Origin: Macrostomum lignano
Lineage: Eukaryota
Assembly: GCA_002269645.1 (NCBI GenBank)
Contig: NIVC01001837.1
Span: 62,001 to 126,000 of the forward strand
DNA: 64,000 bases
Direction: 5' to 3'
Position 1 is the first letter of the stretch, and every line of letters begins with the position of its first letter. A program made the position numbers and the translations under genes. This document shows positions 1 through 11,620 of this stretch, one piece after another. A model generated the notes under the pieces. The model searched no databases. It was not told the DNA's origin and saw nothing but the letters and a program-made list of their open reading frames with translations.

Positions 1-212
1 GCAGACGCCGTCCTTGAACGCCGCAGCTGCACAGCCTGAGCTGCTGCACCGGAAAAGGCACTCAACGCTGCTGCGGATGCCCTGCAGAACTTCCACAGTC
101 TTGCAGCTGTTCGTCCCCTGCCCCACGGTAACGACCGAGCCAGTGAGCGACTGTGCCAGACGAAAAACTTCGCTTAAATTTGCCTCTTCGGCTGCTAACG
201 GGCAGACGAGAC
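1..212 (-). CDS. Probable exon (runs off window edge) encoding a PAN/apple-like Cys motif
   Basis: Minus frame is open from a TTCCAG acceptor at 213-218 to the window edge: LVCPLAAEEANLSEVFRLAQSLTGSVVTVGQGTNSCKTVEVLQGIRSSVECLFRCSSSGCAAAAFKDGVC. The S-x-x-EC-x3-C-x4-C-x-A-x-x-F-x3-C spacing resembles PAN modules. Not in the ORF track because it lacks a start. Confidence 0.4.
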
Positions 213-271
213 CTGGAAGTGTTTTTAGAGCAATGATACCGCTTTTGCAGAAATCATTCGTACGCTCGTAA

Positions 272-446
272 TGTTTTATTCCTTGCCTTAGAGGCAAACT
301 CGTAGATATTGCTGAATCATTGTCGCTTTAAATATAGGAATGTACATCTCGATCTATATGTACATTGATGTCAATAAATATATCGTTCGCTGCCCCGCAG
401 GGTTTTCGTGTTTTTGATCTCACACTGCCAAATACCGCGTGTCACA
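272..446 (+). repeat. 5' LTR (175 bp)
   Basis: TG...TGTCACA. Matches 2067-2233 except about 6 substitutions, an 8-bp insertion (CCCCGCAG) and differing bases just after the initial TG. Contains AATAAA. Confidence 0.85.
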
Positions 447-448
447 AG

Positions 449-459
449 TGGTAGCAGAG
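449..459 (+). promoter_or_regulatory. Primer-binding site complementary to the tRNA-iMet 3' end
   Basis: TGGTAGCAGAG two bases after the 5' LTR, the reverse complement of the initiator-Met tRNA end ...CUCUGCUACCA. Confidence 0.8.
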
Positions 460-465
460 CTCAGA

Positions 466-671
466 ATGGCAGAGGGCAGCCACCGCGCGATTCCAAGAAC
501 TTTTGGCGCTCTGGCAACTTTAATGAGTGGCTGCAGCGGTTTGAGCTGTGTGCAGCAGCCAACAAGTGGACAAATGACAAACACCTGCATCTGCCAACGT
601 TTCTGGATGGCGAGGCTCTGGTGGCCTTCCTTGAGCTCAGCGACAAGGACAGAGCGACTACAGTCAGGTGA
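466..671 (+). pseudogene. gag: Frameshifted, truncated gag N-terminus
   Basis: ATG at 466 (MAEGSHRAIPRTF), then after a frameshift SGNFNEWLQRFELCAAANKW...HLPTFLDGEALVAFLEL, a typical Gypsy gag N-terminal motif. Truncated at about 670. Confidence 0.7.
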
Positions 672-1948
672 CCAAAGACAGCACGACTCCGCCAAGATGG
701 TCCGACAACAGACTGCGACACCTCAGCCGCATCTGGCGGAAGTTGCGAATTCAAGACGGCCTTCTCTGCCCGGCCTTCAACGACGCTGCAAGACCGAGGG
801 AGGTTCCCGTGATTCCGGAGTTGCTGCGGCGCCAGTTCCTGACCGACATTCACGAGGGCATCGGCGGTCATTTCGGACCGGAGAAAATGGCCGACACGCT
901 GAAGCAGACCGCGAGTTTCTGCCAGGAGTGCCAGACCTGCCAGCTGAAAAAGGCGCAGCGCCGGCCCGCAGCCCCTCTCGGTGAGATGCCGATCGGCAAG
1001 CCCTGGCAGACGGTGGCGATCGATGTGCTGAAGGTGCCGACATCGGACCGAGGCAACAGCTACCTACTGGTGATGCAGGACCAGTTCTCCAAGTTCCTGA
1101 CCGCCGTGCCGATGCCAGATCCGACCGCCAAAACCATCGCGGACGCTGCAGTGAAAGTCTTCTCTCTGCTCGGAGTCCCGTCCGTCATCCACTCGGACCA
1201 GGGCGCGAACTTCGAGAGCGAGCTGTTCCAGGAGACGCTGAAAACACTGGGCATCAAGAAGATGCGCATTACGCCGTACCATCCGCAGGGAAATGGACTG
1301 GTGGAACGCGGCAACAAGTCGCTGCTGCAGCTGCTGAGGCTGTTCGCCGAGACTGAGTCCAGCTGGGAGGAGCAGCTGCTGCTGGTGGTCCTGTCCTACA
1401 ACTACAGGGTCCACAGCTCAACCAATGTGGCGCCGCTGACGGTGATGACCGGCCGCGACCCGCAGCTCTCGCCGGAGGTGCAGAGCAGCGAGCAGCAGTT
1501 CGACATCGGCACCTACTCAGCACTGCTGGAGCGGCGGCTGGCCCGGATCCGCGAGTTCATCGAGAAGAACCTGGTAGCCGCCGGGCAGCAGCAGAAGGCC
1601 GCTCACAACAAGAAGGCGGCGGACCTGCCGCAGTTCCCGCAAGGTGCCAAGGTGCTGCTCAGCATCGAAATGCGGCGCTCAAAGTCGGCGCCCTACTGGG
1701 AGCCGGGCTGGACGGTGCTTGAGCAGCGCGGTCACTCGGTGTGCATCCGCCGCGCCTTCGGCAGCCGGCCGGTCCGCTGGGTGCACGTGAACCGGCTGCG
1801 CAAGCGGTTCGCAGCCCAGCCCGACTCTGACCAGCTCCGCCAGCAGCCGGTGACCCACCAGGTCGCGCCGGAGACCAGCCAGACCGAGCGGCGGTACCCG
1901 GCCAGGCAGCGGCGGCCTCCGGACTTCTTTGGCGTGAGCACTGAGTGA
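668..1948 (+). CDS. Retroviral-type integrase (HHCC zinc-binding, DDE core, C-terminal domain)
   Basis: 426-codon open frame with IHEGIGGHFG...CQECQTC, PWQTVAID, HSDQGANFES, TPYHPQGNGLVERGN, VHVNRLRK. About 10 aa appear missing between HFGPEKMADTLKQ and CQEC. No ATG upstream of the HH residues. Confidence 0.85.
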   Translation: MTKDSTTPPRWSDNRLRHLSRIWRKLRIQDGLLCPAFNDAARPREVPVIPELLRRQFLTDIHEGIGGHFGPEKMADTLKQTASFCQECQTCQLKKAQRRPAAPLGEMPIGKPWQTVAIDVLKVPTSDRGNSYLLVMQDQFSKFLTAVPMPDPTAKTIADAAVKVFSLLGVPSVIHSDQGANFESELFQETLKTLGIKKMRITPYHPQGNGLVERGNKSLLQLLRLFAETESSWEEQLLLVVLSYNYRVHSSTNVAPLTVMTGRDPQLSPEVQSSEQQFDIGTYSALLERRLARIREFIEKNLVAAGQQQKAAHNKKAADLPQFPQGAKVLLSIEMRRSKSAPYWEPGWTVLEQRGHSVCIRRAFGSRPVRWVHVNRLRKRFAAQPDSDQLRQQPVTHQVAPETSQTERRYPARQRRPPDFFGVSTE

Positions 1949-2056
1949 GAGACAGAGACCGGTGTGGACTGTTCTTTTATTGCATCTGTTGTAGCTGGTT
2001 GTCTTTTTGTGCTACCGTTTGATTTTATTACCTCATTTGCTTTTACTCTTTTTGTT

Positions 2057-2066
2057 GGGGGGAAAA
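2057..2066 (+). promoter_or_regulatory. Polypurine tract
   Basis: GGGGGGAAAA immediately before the TG of the 3' LTR. Confidence 0.7.
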
Positions 2067-2233
2067 TGGGAAATTTCTTGCCTTAGAGGCAAACTCGTGG
2101 ATATTGCTGAATCATTGTCGCTTTGTATATAGGAATGTACATCTCGATTTATATGTACATTGATGCCAATAAATATATCGTTCGCTGGGTTTTCGTGTTT
2201 TTGATCTCACACTGCCAAATACCGCGTGTTACA
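2067..2233 (+). repeat. 3' LTR (167 bp)
   Basis: Direct repeat of 272-446, ending TGTTACA. Confidence 0.85.
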
Positions 2234-2980
2234 ATTATACGGTATTAAAATGAACTTACGGACAGCACTTTTTCTTGCTCTTTCTCATATTTTAAACAAA
2301 ATGTCAATCATGGATTTTGAGCTGTTCTATCAGAACCGTGACTTTTTGGTAGTATTCAGAATTCGCATTCTTACCTATCAGAAGCAGAGCGAGCACCAAA
2401 TTCAAGGCAGAATTCATACTCAATTGCTGCAGGTAAAAACGCTGGTGAAATCACTTGAGATAGGAGCAGACAGTCGCACATGTCGCTCATTTGCCCTCAG
2501 TTTTTAAAGGCGAGCTAGGCCTCTTAGGCCGAGCTAAAACTGGGGTGTTGGGAAGCTAATCGTTGCCATGCCAACCGATCGGGGCTCCAAACAACAGCTG
2601 ACTGGCTAAGAGGGCCGTTGGGGCAGAAACATGGAGGCCTCACCCCATTGACTCTGAGAGGGATCAACTCCTGGGAGTCGACATAGAAGCAACATAGTTT
2701 TCGAACAATTTTATATAGCATTTAACAAAATGCTTTCGTAAGCCACAACAATACACCAGAGACCAATGGGCGAGATTAAAAAACTAGAAATTCTTCTCAG
2801 CATGAGCTATTGTCAGATTGAATTTGAATTTTAATGATTTAAATCAGATTTATCGAACAATAAAAACAAAAATTTTCACGGTAACTTTCCGAAAATTGGG
2901 GCTTATAACAATATTTAGGTCGATTCACTGGGATTTAAAGTGTGAAGCTGAGCGCTTGATGCGCTACGGTATTGACCGGT

Positions 2981-5900
2981 GGCTGTCTATGGTAGCCTTC
3001 CGTGATAAACGGGTGTCTATGGTAGCTGTCCGTGACAAACGGGTGTCTATGGTAGCCTTCCGTGACAAACGGTTGTCTATGGTAGCCTTCCGTGACAAAC
3101 GGGTGTCTATGGTAGCCTTCCGTGACAAACGGGTGTCTATGGTAGCCTTCCGTGACAAACGGGTGTCTATGGTAGCTGTCCGTGACAAACGGGTGTCTAT
3201 GGTAGCCTTCCGTGACAAACGGTTGTCTATGGTAGCCTTCCGTGACAAACGGGTGTCTATGGTAGCTGTCCGTGACAAACGGGTGTCTATGGTAGCCTTC
3301 CGTGACAAACGGGTGTCTATGGTAGCCTTCCGTGACAAACGGGTGTCTATGGTAGCCTTCCGTGACAAACGGGTGTCTATGGTAGCCTTCCGTGATAAAC
3401 GGGTGTCTATGGTAGCCTTCCGTGACAAACGGGTGTCTATGGTAGCTGTCCGTGACAAACGGGTGTCTATGGTAGCCTTCCGTGACAAACGGTTGTCTAT
3501 GGTAGCCTTCCGTGACAAACGGGTGTCTATGGTAGCCTTCCGTGACAAACGGGTGTCTATGGTAGCCTTCCGTGACAAACGGGTGTCTATGGTAGCTGTC
3601 CGTGACAAACGGGTGTCTATGGTAGCCTTCCGTGACAAACGGTTGTCTATGGTAGCTGTCCGTGACAAACGGGTGTCTATGGTAGCTGTCCGTGACAAAC
3701 GGCTGTCTATGGTAGCCTTCCGTGACAAACGGGTGTCTATGGTAGCCTTCCGTGACAAACGGGTGTCTATGGTAGCCTTCCGTGATAAACGGGTGTCTAT
3801 GGTAGCCTTCCGTGACAAACGGGTGTCTATGGTAGCTGTCCGTGACAAACGGGTGTCTATGGTAGCCTTCCGTGATAAACGGGTGTCTATGGTAGCCTTC
3901 CGTGACAAACGGGTGTCTATGGTAGCTGTCCGTGACAAACGGGTGTCTATGGTAGCCTTCCGTGACAAACGGTTGTCTATGGTAGCCTTCCGTGACAAAC
4001 GGGTGTCTATGGTAGCCTTCCGTGACAAACGGGTGTTTATGGTAGCCTTCCGTGACAAACGGGTGTCTATGGTAGCTGTCCGTGACAAACGGGTGTCTAT
4101 GGTAGCCTTCCGTGACAAACGGTTGTCTATGGTAGCTGTCCGTGACAAACGGGTGTCTATGGTAGCTGTCCGTGACAAACGGCTGTCTATGGTAGCCTTC
4201 CGTGACAAACGGGTGTCTATGGTAGCCTTCCGTGACAAACGGGTGTCTATGGTAGCCTTCCGTGACAAACGAGTGTCTATGGTAGCCTTCCGTGACAAAC
4301 GGGTGTCTATGGTAGCCTTCCGTGACAAACGGGTGTCTATGGTAGCTGTCCGTGACAAACGGGTGTCTATGGTAGCCTTCCGTGACAAACGGGTGTCTAT
4401 GGTAGCCTTCCGTGACAAACGGGTGTCTATGGTAGCCTTCCGTGACAAACGGGTGTCTATGGTAGCCTTCCGTGACAAACGGGTGTCTATGGTAGCCTTC
4501 CGTGACAAACGGGTGTCTATGGTAGCCTTCCGTGACAAACGGTTGTCTATGGTAGCCTTCCGTGACAAACGGGTGTCTATGGTAGCCTTCCGTGACAAAC
4601 GGGTGTCTATGGTAGCTTTCCGTGACAAACGGGTGTCTATGGTAGCCTTCCGTGACAAACGGGTGTCTATGGTAGCCTTCCGTGACAAACGGGTGTCTAT
4701 GGTAGCCTTCCGTGACAAACGGGTGTCTATGGTAGCCTTCCGTGACAAACGGTTGTCTATGGTAGCCTTCCGTGACAAACGGGTGTCTATGGTAGCCTTC
4801 CGTGACAAACGGGTGTCTATGGTAGCCTTCCGTGACAAACGGGTGTCTATGGTAGCCTTCCGTGACAAACGGGTGTCTATGGTAGCCTTCCGTGACAAAC
4901 GGGTGTCTATGGTAGCTGTCCGTGACAAACGGGTGTCTATGGTAGCCTTCCGTGACAAACGGGTGTCTATGGTAGCTGTCCGTGACAAACGGGTGTCTAT
5001 GGTAGCTGTCCGTGACAAACGGCTGTCTATGGTAGCCTTCCGTGACAAACGGGTGTCTATGGTAGCCTTCCGTGACAAACGAGTGTCTATGGTAGCCTTC
5101 CGTGACAAACGAGTGTCTATGGTAGCCTTCCGTGACAAACGGTTGTCTATGGTAGCCTTCCGTGACAAACGGGTGTCTATGGTAGCTGTCCGTGACAAAC
5201 GGGTGTCTATGGTAGCCTTCCGTGACAAACGGGTGTCTATGGTAGCCTTCCGTGACAAACGGGTGTCTATGGTAGCCTTCCGTGACAAACGGGTGTCTAT
5301 GGTAGCCTTCCGTGACAAACGGGTGTCTATGGTAGCCTTCCGTGACAAACGGGTGTCTATGGTAGCCTTCCGTGACAAACGGGTGTCTATGGTAGCTGTC
5401 CGTGACAAACGGGTGTCTATGGTAGCCTTCCGTGACAAACGGTTGTCTATGGTAGCCTTCCGTGACAAACGGGTGTCTATGGTAGCCTTCCGTGACAAAC
5501 GGGTGTTTATGGTAGCCTTCCGTGACAAACGGGTGTCTATGGTAGCTGTCCGTGACAAACGGGTGTCTATGGTAGCCTTCCGTGACAAACGGTTGTCTAT
5601 GGTAGCTGTCCGTGACAAACGGGTGTCTATGGTAGCTGTCCGTGACAAACGGCTGTCTATGGTAGCCTTCCGTGACAAACGGGTGTCTATGGTAGCCTTC
5701 CGTGACAAACGGGTGTCTATGGTAGCCTTCCGTGACAAACGAGTGTCTATGGTAGCCTTCCGTGACAAACGGGTGTCTATGGTAGCCTTCCGTGACAAAC
5801 GGGTGTCTATGGTAGCTGTCCGTGACAAACGGGTGTCTATGGTAGCCTTCCGTGACAAACGGGTGTCTATGGTAGCCTTCCGTGACAAACGGGTGTCTAT

Positions 5901-8593
5901 GGTAGCCTTCCGTGACAAACGGGTGTCTATGGTAGCCTTCCGTGACAAACGGGTGTCTATGGTAGCCTTCCGTGACAAACGGGTGTCTATGGTAGCCTTC
6001 CGTGACAAACGGTTGTCTATGGTAGCCTTCCGTGACAAACGGGTGTCTATGGTAGCCTTCCGTGACAAACGGGTGTCTATGGTAGCTTTCCGTGACAAAC
6101 GGGTGTCTATGGTAGCCTTCCGTGACAAACGGGTGTCTATGGTAGCCTTCCGTGACAAACGGGTGTCTATGGTAGCCTTCCGTGACAAACGGGTGTCTAT
6201 GGTAGCCTTCCGTGACAAACGGTTGTCTATGGTAGCCTTCCGTGACAAACGGGTGTCTATGGTAGCCTTCCGTGACAAACGGGTGTCTATGGTAGCCTTC
6301 CGTGACAAACGGGTGTCTATGGTAGCCTTCCGTGACAAACGGGTGTCTATGGTAGCCTTCCGTGACAAACGGGTGTCTATGGTAGCTGTCCGTGACAAAC
6401 GGGTGTCTATGGTAGCCTTCCGTGACAAACGGGTGTCTATGGTAGCTGTCCGTGACAAACGGGTGTCTATGGTAGCTGTCCGTGACAAACGGCTGTCTAT
6501 GGTAGCCTTCCGTGACAAACGGGTGTCTATGGTAGCCTTCCGTGACAAACGAGTGTCTATGGTAGCCTTCCGTGACAAACGAGTGTCTATGGTAGCCTTC
6601 CGTGACAAACGGGTGTCTATGGTAGCCTTCCGTGACAAACGGGTGTCTATGGTAGCTGTCCGTGACAAACGGGTGTCTATGGTAGCCTTCCGTGACAAAC
6701 GGGTGTCTATGGTAGCCTTCCGTGACAAACGGGTGTCTATGGTAGCCTTCCGTGACAAACGGGTGTCTATGGTAGCCTTCCGTGACAAACGGGTGTCTAT
6801 GGTAGCCTTCCGTGACAAACGGGTGTCTATGGTAGCCTTCCGTGACAAACGGGTGTCTATGGTAGCCTTCCGTGACAAACGGGTGTCTATGGTAGCCTTC
6901 CGTGACAAACGGGTGTCTATGGTAGCCTTCCGTGACAAACGGGTGTCTATGGTAGCCTTCCGTGACAAACGGGTGTCTATGGTAGCCTTCCGTGACAAAC
7001 GGGTGTCTATGGTAGCCTTCCGTGACAAACGGGTGTCTATGGTAGCTTTCCGTGACAAACGGGTGTCTATGGTAGCCTTCCGTGACAAACGGGTGTCTAT
7101 GGTAGCCTTCCGTGACAAACGGTTGTCTATGGTAGCCTTCCGTGACAAACGGGTGTCTATGGTAGCCTTCCGTGACAAACGGGTGTCTATGGTAGCCTTC
7201 CGTGACAAACGGGTGTCTATGGTAGCCTTCCGTGACAAACGGTTGTCTATGGTAGCCTTCCGTGACAAACGGTTGTCTATGGTAGCCTTCCGTGACAAAC
7301 GGGTGTCTATGGTAGCCTTCCGTGACAAACGGGTGTCTATGGTAGCCTTCCGTGACAAACGGGTGTCTATGGTAGCCTTCCGTGACAAACGGGTGTCTAT
7401 GGTAGCCTTCCGTGACAAACGGGTGTCTATGGTAGCCTTCCGTGACAAACGGTTGTCTATGGTAGCCTTCCGTGACAAACGGGTGTCTATGGTAGCCTTC
7501 CGTGACAAACGGGTGTCTATGGTAGCCTTCCGTGACAAACGGGTGTCTATGGTAGCTTTCCGTGACAAACGAGTGTCTATGGTAGCCTTCCGTGACAAAC
7601 GGGTGTCTATGGTAGCCTTCCGTGACAAACGGTTGTCTATGGTAGCCTTCCGTGACAAACGGGTGTCTATGGTAGCCTTCCGTGACAAACGGGTGTCCAT
7701 GGTAGCCTTCCGTGACAAACGGTTGTCTATGGTAGCTGTCTGTGACAAACGGGTGTCTATGGTAGCCTTCCGTGACAAACGGTTGTCTATGGTAGCTGTC
7801 CGTGACAAACGGGTGTCTATGGTAGCCTTCCGTGACAAACGGGTGTCTATGGTAGCCTTCCGTGACAAACGGGTGTCCATGGTAGCCTTCCGTGACAAAC
7901 GGGTGTCTATGGTAGCTGTCTGTGACAAACGGTTGTCTATGGTAGCCTTCCGTGACAAACGGTTGCAAACGGTTGTCTATGGTAGCCTTCCGTGACAAAC
8001 GGTTGCAAACGGTTGTCTATGGTAGCCTTCCGTGACAAACGGGTGTCTATGGTAGCCTTCCGTGACAAACGGGTGTCTATGGTAGCTGTCTGTGACAAAC
8101 GGTTGTCTATGGTAGCCTTCCGTGACAAACGGTTGTCTATGGTAGCCTTCCGTGACAAACGGTTGTCTATGGTAGCTGTCTGTGACAAACGGTTGTCTAT
8201 GGTAGCCTTCCGTGACAAACGGTTGCAAACGGTTGTCTATGGTAGCCTTCCGTGACAAACGGTTGCAAACGGTTGTCTATGGTAGCCTTCCGTGACAAAC
8301 GGGTGTCTATGGTAGCCTTCCGTGACAAACGGGTGTCCATGGTAGCCTTCCGTGACAAACGGTTGCAAACGGTTGTCTATGGTAGCCTTCCGTGACAAAC
8401 GGTTGCAAACGGTTGTCTATGGTAGCCTTCCGTGACAAACGGGTGTCTATGGTAGCCTTCCGTGACAAACGGGTGTCCATGGTAGCCTTCCGTGACAAAC
8501 GGTTGCAAACGGTTGTCTATGGTAGCCTTCCGTGACAAACGGTTGCAAACGGGTGTCTATGGTAGCTGTCTGTGACAAACCTGTGTTTATGGT
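2981..8593. repeat. 30-bp tandem satellite, ~185 copies (CGTGACAAACGGGTGTCTATGGTAGCCTTC)
   Basis: Directly visible. Variants GCTGTC/GCCTTC and GGTTGT/GGCTGT/GAGTGT; 40-bp variants with an extra GGTTGCAAAC appear after 7960. Confidence 0.98.
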
Positions 8594-8645
8594 GTGTTCA
8601 ACTGTTTGGCTTAGGCGCAGGTAGAGTTCGTCAGCAGCTTTATTT

Positions 8646-9775
8646 TTACGCAGCCGTCGTTGCTGACAACGTTTGCTCCAGGGTTGGCTGAGCAGCCGAC
8701 GCCGGAGCAGAAGGAGCCGCGCCGCCGACAGCCTGAGAATACCAGCTACCGGCTCCGCCGCCGCTGAAGCCGCCGCCGTTGAAGCCGCCGCCGCTGAAGC
8801 CGCTGCCGCCTCTGGCAGCGCATTTATGATGGCCGCCGCCTTCGCCGAAGCCTTCGATGGCGCCCTTATTGCCGTGTCCGGCGACACCGCCGATCCAGCC
8901 TTCGTTGATGCCGCCTCCACGATCGCCGTAGCACGTGATGGTCCTGGCGTTGGGGACTCCCAGCCAGGCGGCTCCCAGGCCGCCCCTGCATGTCATTGTG
9001 GACGGTCCGTAGCTCCCGGACTGTCCGTTCGCACCGCCATAGCCGATTAATAAGGCGTTGCCGATGGAGTCGGTTCCGTTCAGACCAGCTGATCCGTTGA
9101 CACATGTACCAAGCACATCGTAATTAATGAGCTCAGATCACGCTTGTGGAGTGCCGTTTTTCACTTGTTTTAGAAATGATGCAAAAAGGGCCTGAATATA
9201 AGTTCCATGCCAGTCTTTCTCGTGAGCGCATGTGTTTGACTGGATTTTAATTTACCGCTTTCAAATATCATCTACGCGTTTTGAGTGGCGTCGCCGCCCC
9301 GCTGTCCGATCACCAGGCTGAGCTGCATTCCCGCCGTCAGGTTGAAGCTGCCTCCGATGCGGGCCCCGAATCCGCCGGTGTAGACGGGGCTGAAGGCCGG
9401 GTTGGTGCTGCCGCCTCTGGCTCCGAGCGCCTCCATGCGGTAGCAGCCGGTCTCGTTCACCGCAACGTAGATAATTTTGCCAGTTCTGCCCATGCCGGAG
9501 CCTGATGAATGGGTAGTTTAGTGGCACACGGGTTTCTTAGATGCTCAATCATCTGAGTAAGCAGCCACAGATATACTTGAGTATTCGTACTATAAATTAC
9601 AGTTGCGACACGGGCAGAAGCAACGGCGATCGTGTCTGCCATCAGTTCGGCCTGTAGAACTCGTTGATTTGCATTCGCAGCAAGTTCTCTGCTCCGCCAG
9701 CAGTCAGCCGCGGCCGAGGCAGCCGCAGGCAGAAGCCACAAGAGCTGGCAGTCCCCAACTGGCGGAGTTGTGCAT
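8646..9775 (-). pseudogene. ALK/LTK-type glycine-rich-domain secreted-protein gene, apparently disrupted
   Basis: Exon 9501-~9276 reads ETGCYRMEALGARGG...GGFGARIGGSFNLTAGMQLSLVIGQRGG, the hallmark start of the Gly-rich domain. 9116-8646 reads GFGEGGG...GGSGFSGGG...SGGGAGSW with AATAAA at 8644-8639 after the stop. Exon 1 (9775-9601, Cys-rich) has an in-frame TGA at 9706-9704, and I found no phase-compatible join from exon 2 to exon 3. Confidence 0.6.
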
Positions 9776-10690
9776 CAGAGCGTCCCAGCAGTTGGAGCAT
9801 CCAAAAAGCTTACCAAAAATCAAAATAATCATAAAAATCATTTAGAGCCTTCTGACTCCAAATAATTGTTAGTATGCTTCAGCTAGGCTCGCGTAATGGT
9901 TTCTATAATATTGCCACGGAAAAGCTACGGAAGATGCAACAGCTCAAACCTTCATGGAGCTGGCTGTCTTTATAGCAGAGAAATTCGCAGCTGTGGCCAG
10001 AACACACACAGCTCTGCAGCATACAGAGTAACCGAATATTGAAAACATGAAATCGCTCAAGAACGCTCAAGATTCCGACTTCAGCATTAGGTGTCTAGAA
10101 TGCGAAAGATGGAGAGCATCATCGAAGAGAAAAATTCACTCCCCTCCTCTGTGGAATAGATTTCTCGCGACTGGCAGCTGAGCGCTCAGGAACAATGCTC
10201 AGATGAGGCGAAACAGCTGCTGGAGCGAGCGTAGCATGAAGTTTGACTAGCTGAGCCCAGCTCACCCAACCGCAGCCAGCGTTGGAACATACTTCAAGAC
10301 TGGTTAGACAGTCTTTAACAGCATAGCAACCGACAGCAACCTACCTGTTAGTTAATGTCAATTTTCTGCTTTAGTTTCTGCTTCAGCGACTCTGCCAACA
10401 AGAGCAACTACCTGCTGAGAGATGCCTAGGTGAGTCTTGCAACCGTGAACCGTAACGCGATGCTGAGTAAGTTGAATGAGGCCAACTTATTGGAGAAATT
10501 TTTTTGTGAGTAGCGTCTGCCGGTCCGTGTCAGTTGGAAATGAATTAAAGCCTTCATGATTCCATTGAGACAAACCCATGCCGGATTTTAATTTTATTTA
10601 TTCTGTTATTATTACTATTGCTAGTCAAAAGAAACACAGCTCCTTTGCGGCAATGCTTGTAGAAACATCAGATCTAGACAATCTCAAGCA

Positions 10691-11620
10691 GGAAGATGAG
10701 GATGAGGATGAAGATGGGATGAGGATGAGAATGAAGATGAGGATGAGGATGAAGATGAGGATGAGGATGAAGATAAAGATGAGGATGAGATTGGGGATGA
10801 GGATGAGGATGAGGATGAGGATAAGAATGAGGATGAGGATAAAAATGAAGATGAGGATGAAGATGAGAATGAGAATGGGGATGAGAATAAGGATGAGGAT
10901 GAGGATAAAAATGAAGATGAGGATGAGGATGAGAATGAGAATGGGGATGAGAATAAGGATGAGGATGAGGATAAAAATGAAGATGAGGATGAGGATGAGG
11001 ATGAGGATGAGAATGAGAATGAGGATGAAAATGAAGATGAGGATGAGGATGAGGATGAGAATGGGGATGAGAATAGGATGAGGATGAGGATAAAAATGAA
11101 GATGAGGATGAGGATGAGGATGAGAATGGGGATGAGAATAAGGATGAGGATGAGGATAAAAATGAAGATGAGGATGAGGATGAGAATGAGAATGGGGATG
11201 AGAATAAGGATGAGGATGAGGATAAAAATGAAGATGAGGATGAGGATGAGGATGAGGATGAGAATGAGAATGAGGATGAAAATGAAGATGAGGATGAGGA
11301 TGAGGATGAGGATGAGAATGAGAATGAGGATGAAAATGAAGATGAGGATGAGGATGAGGATGAGAATGGGGATGAGAATAGGATGAGGATGAGGATAAAA
11401 ATGAAGATGAGGATGAGGATGAGGATGAGAATGGGGATGAGAATAAGGATGAGGATGAGGATAAAAATGAAGATGAGGATGAGGATGAGAATGAGAATGG
11501 GGATGAGAATAAGGATGAGGATGAGGATAAAAATGAAGATGAGGATGAGGATGAGGATGAGGATGAGAATGAGAATGAGGATGAAAATGAAGATGAAGAT
11601 GAGGATGAGAATGAGGATGG
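10691..11620. repeat. (GATGAG)n-type purine-rich microsatellite with internal ~305-bp duplication
   Basis: GAGGAT/GAAGAT/GAGAAT hexamers; the unique GAATAG marker recurs at 11071 and 11376. Confidence 0.95.

Larger units (their letters stand above)
272..2233 (+). mobile_element. Internally deleted Ty3/Gypsy-type LTR retrotransposon (LTR-PBS-gag remnant-integrase-PPT-LTR; no protease/RT/RNaseH)
   Basis: Two direct repeats beginning TG and ending CA (272-446, 2067-2233), PBS just after the 5' LTR, PPT just before the 3' LTR, gag-like and integrase coding between. No target-site duplication found. Confidence 0.85.

Noticed and set aside
2818-7998. 1600-1700-aa ORFs on both strands (MVAFRDKRVS)n, (PFVTEGYHRH)n, (RKATIDTRLS)n
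   Set aside because: The 30-bp unit lacks stops in three frames, so the ORFs are automatic; no unique domain and no good start.
2981-8593. CRISPR-like regular repeat
   Set aside because: Head-to-tail identical units with no unique spacers, eukaryotic context, no cas genes.
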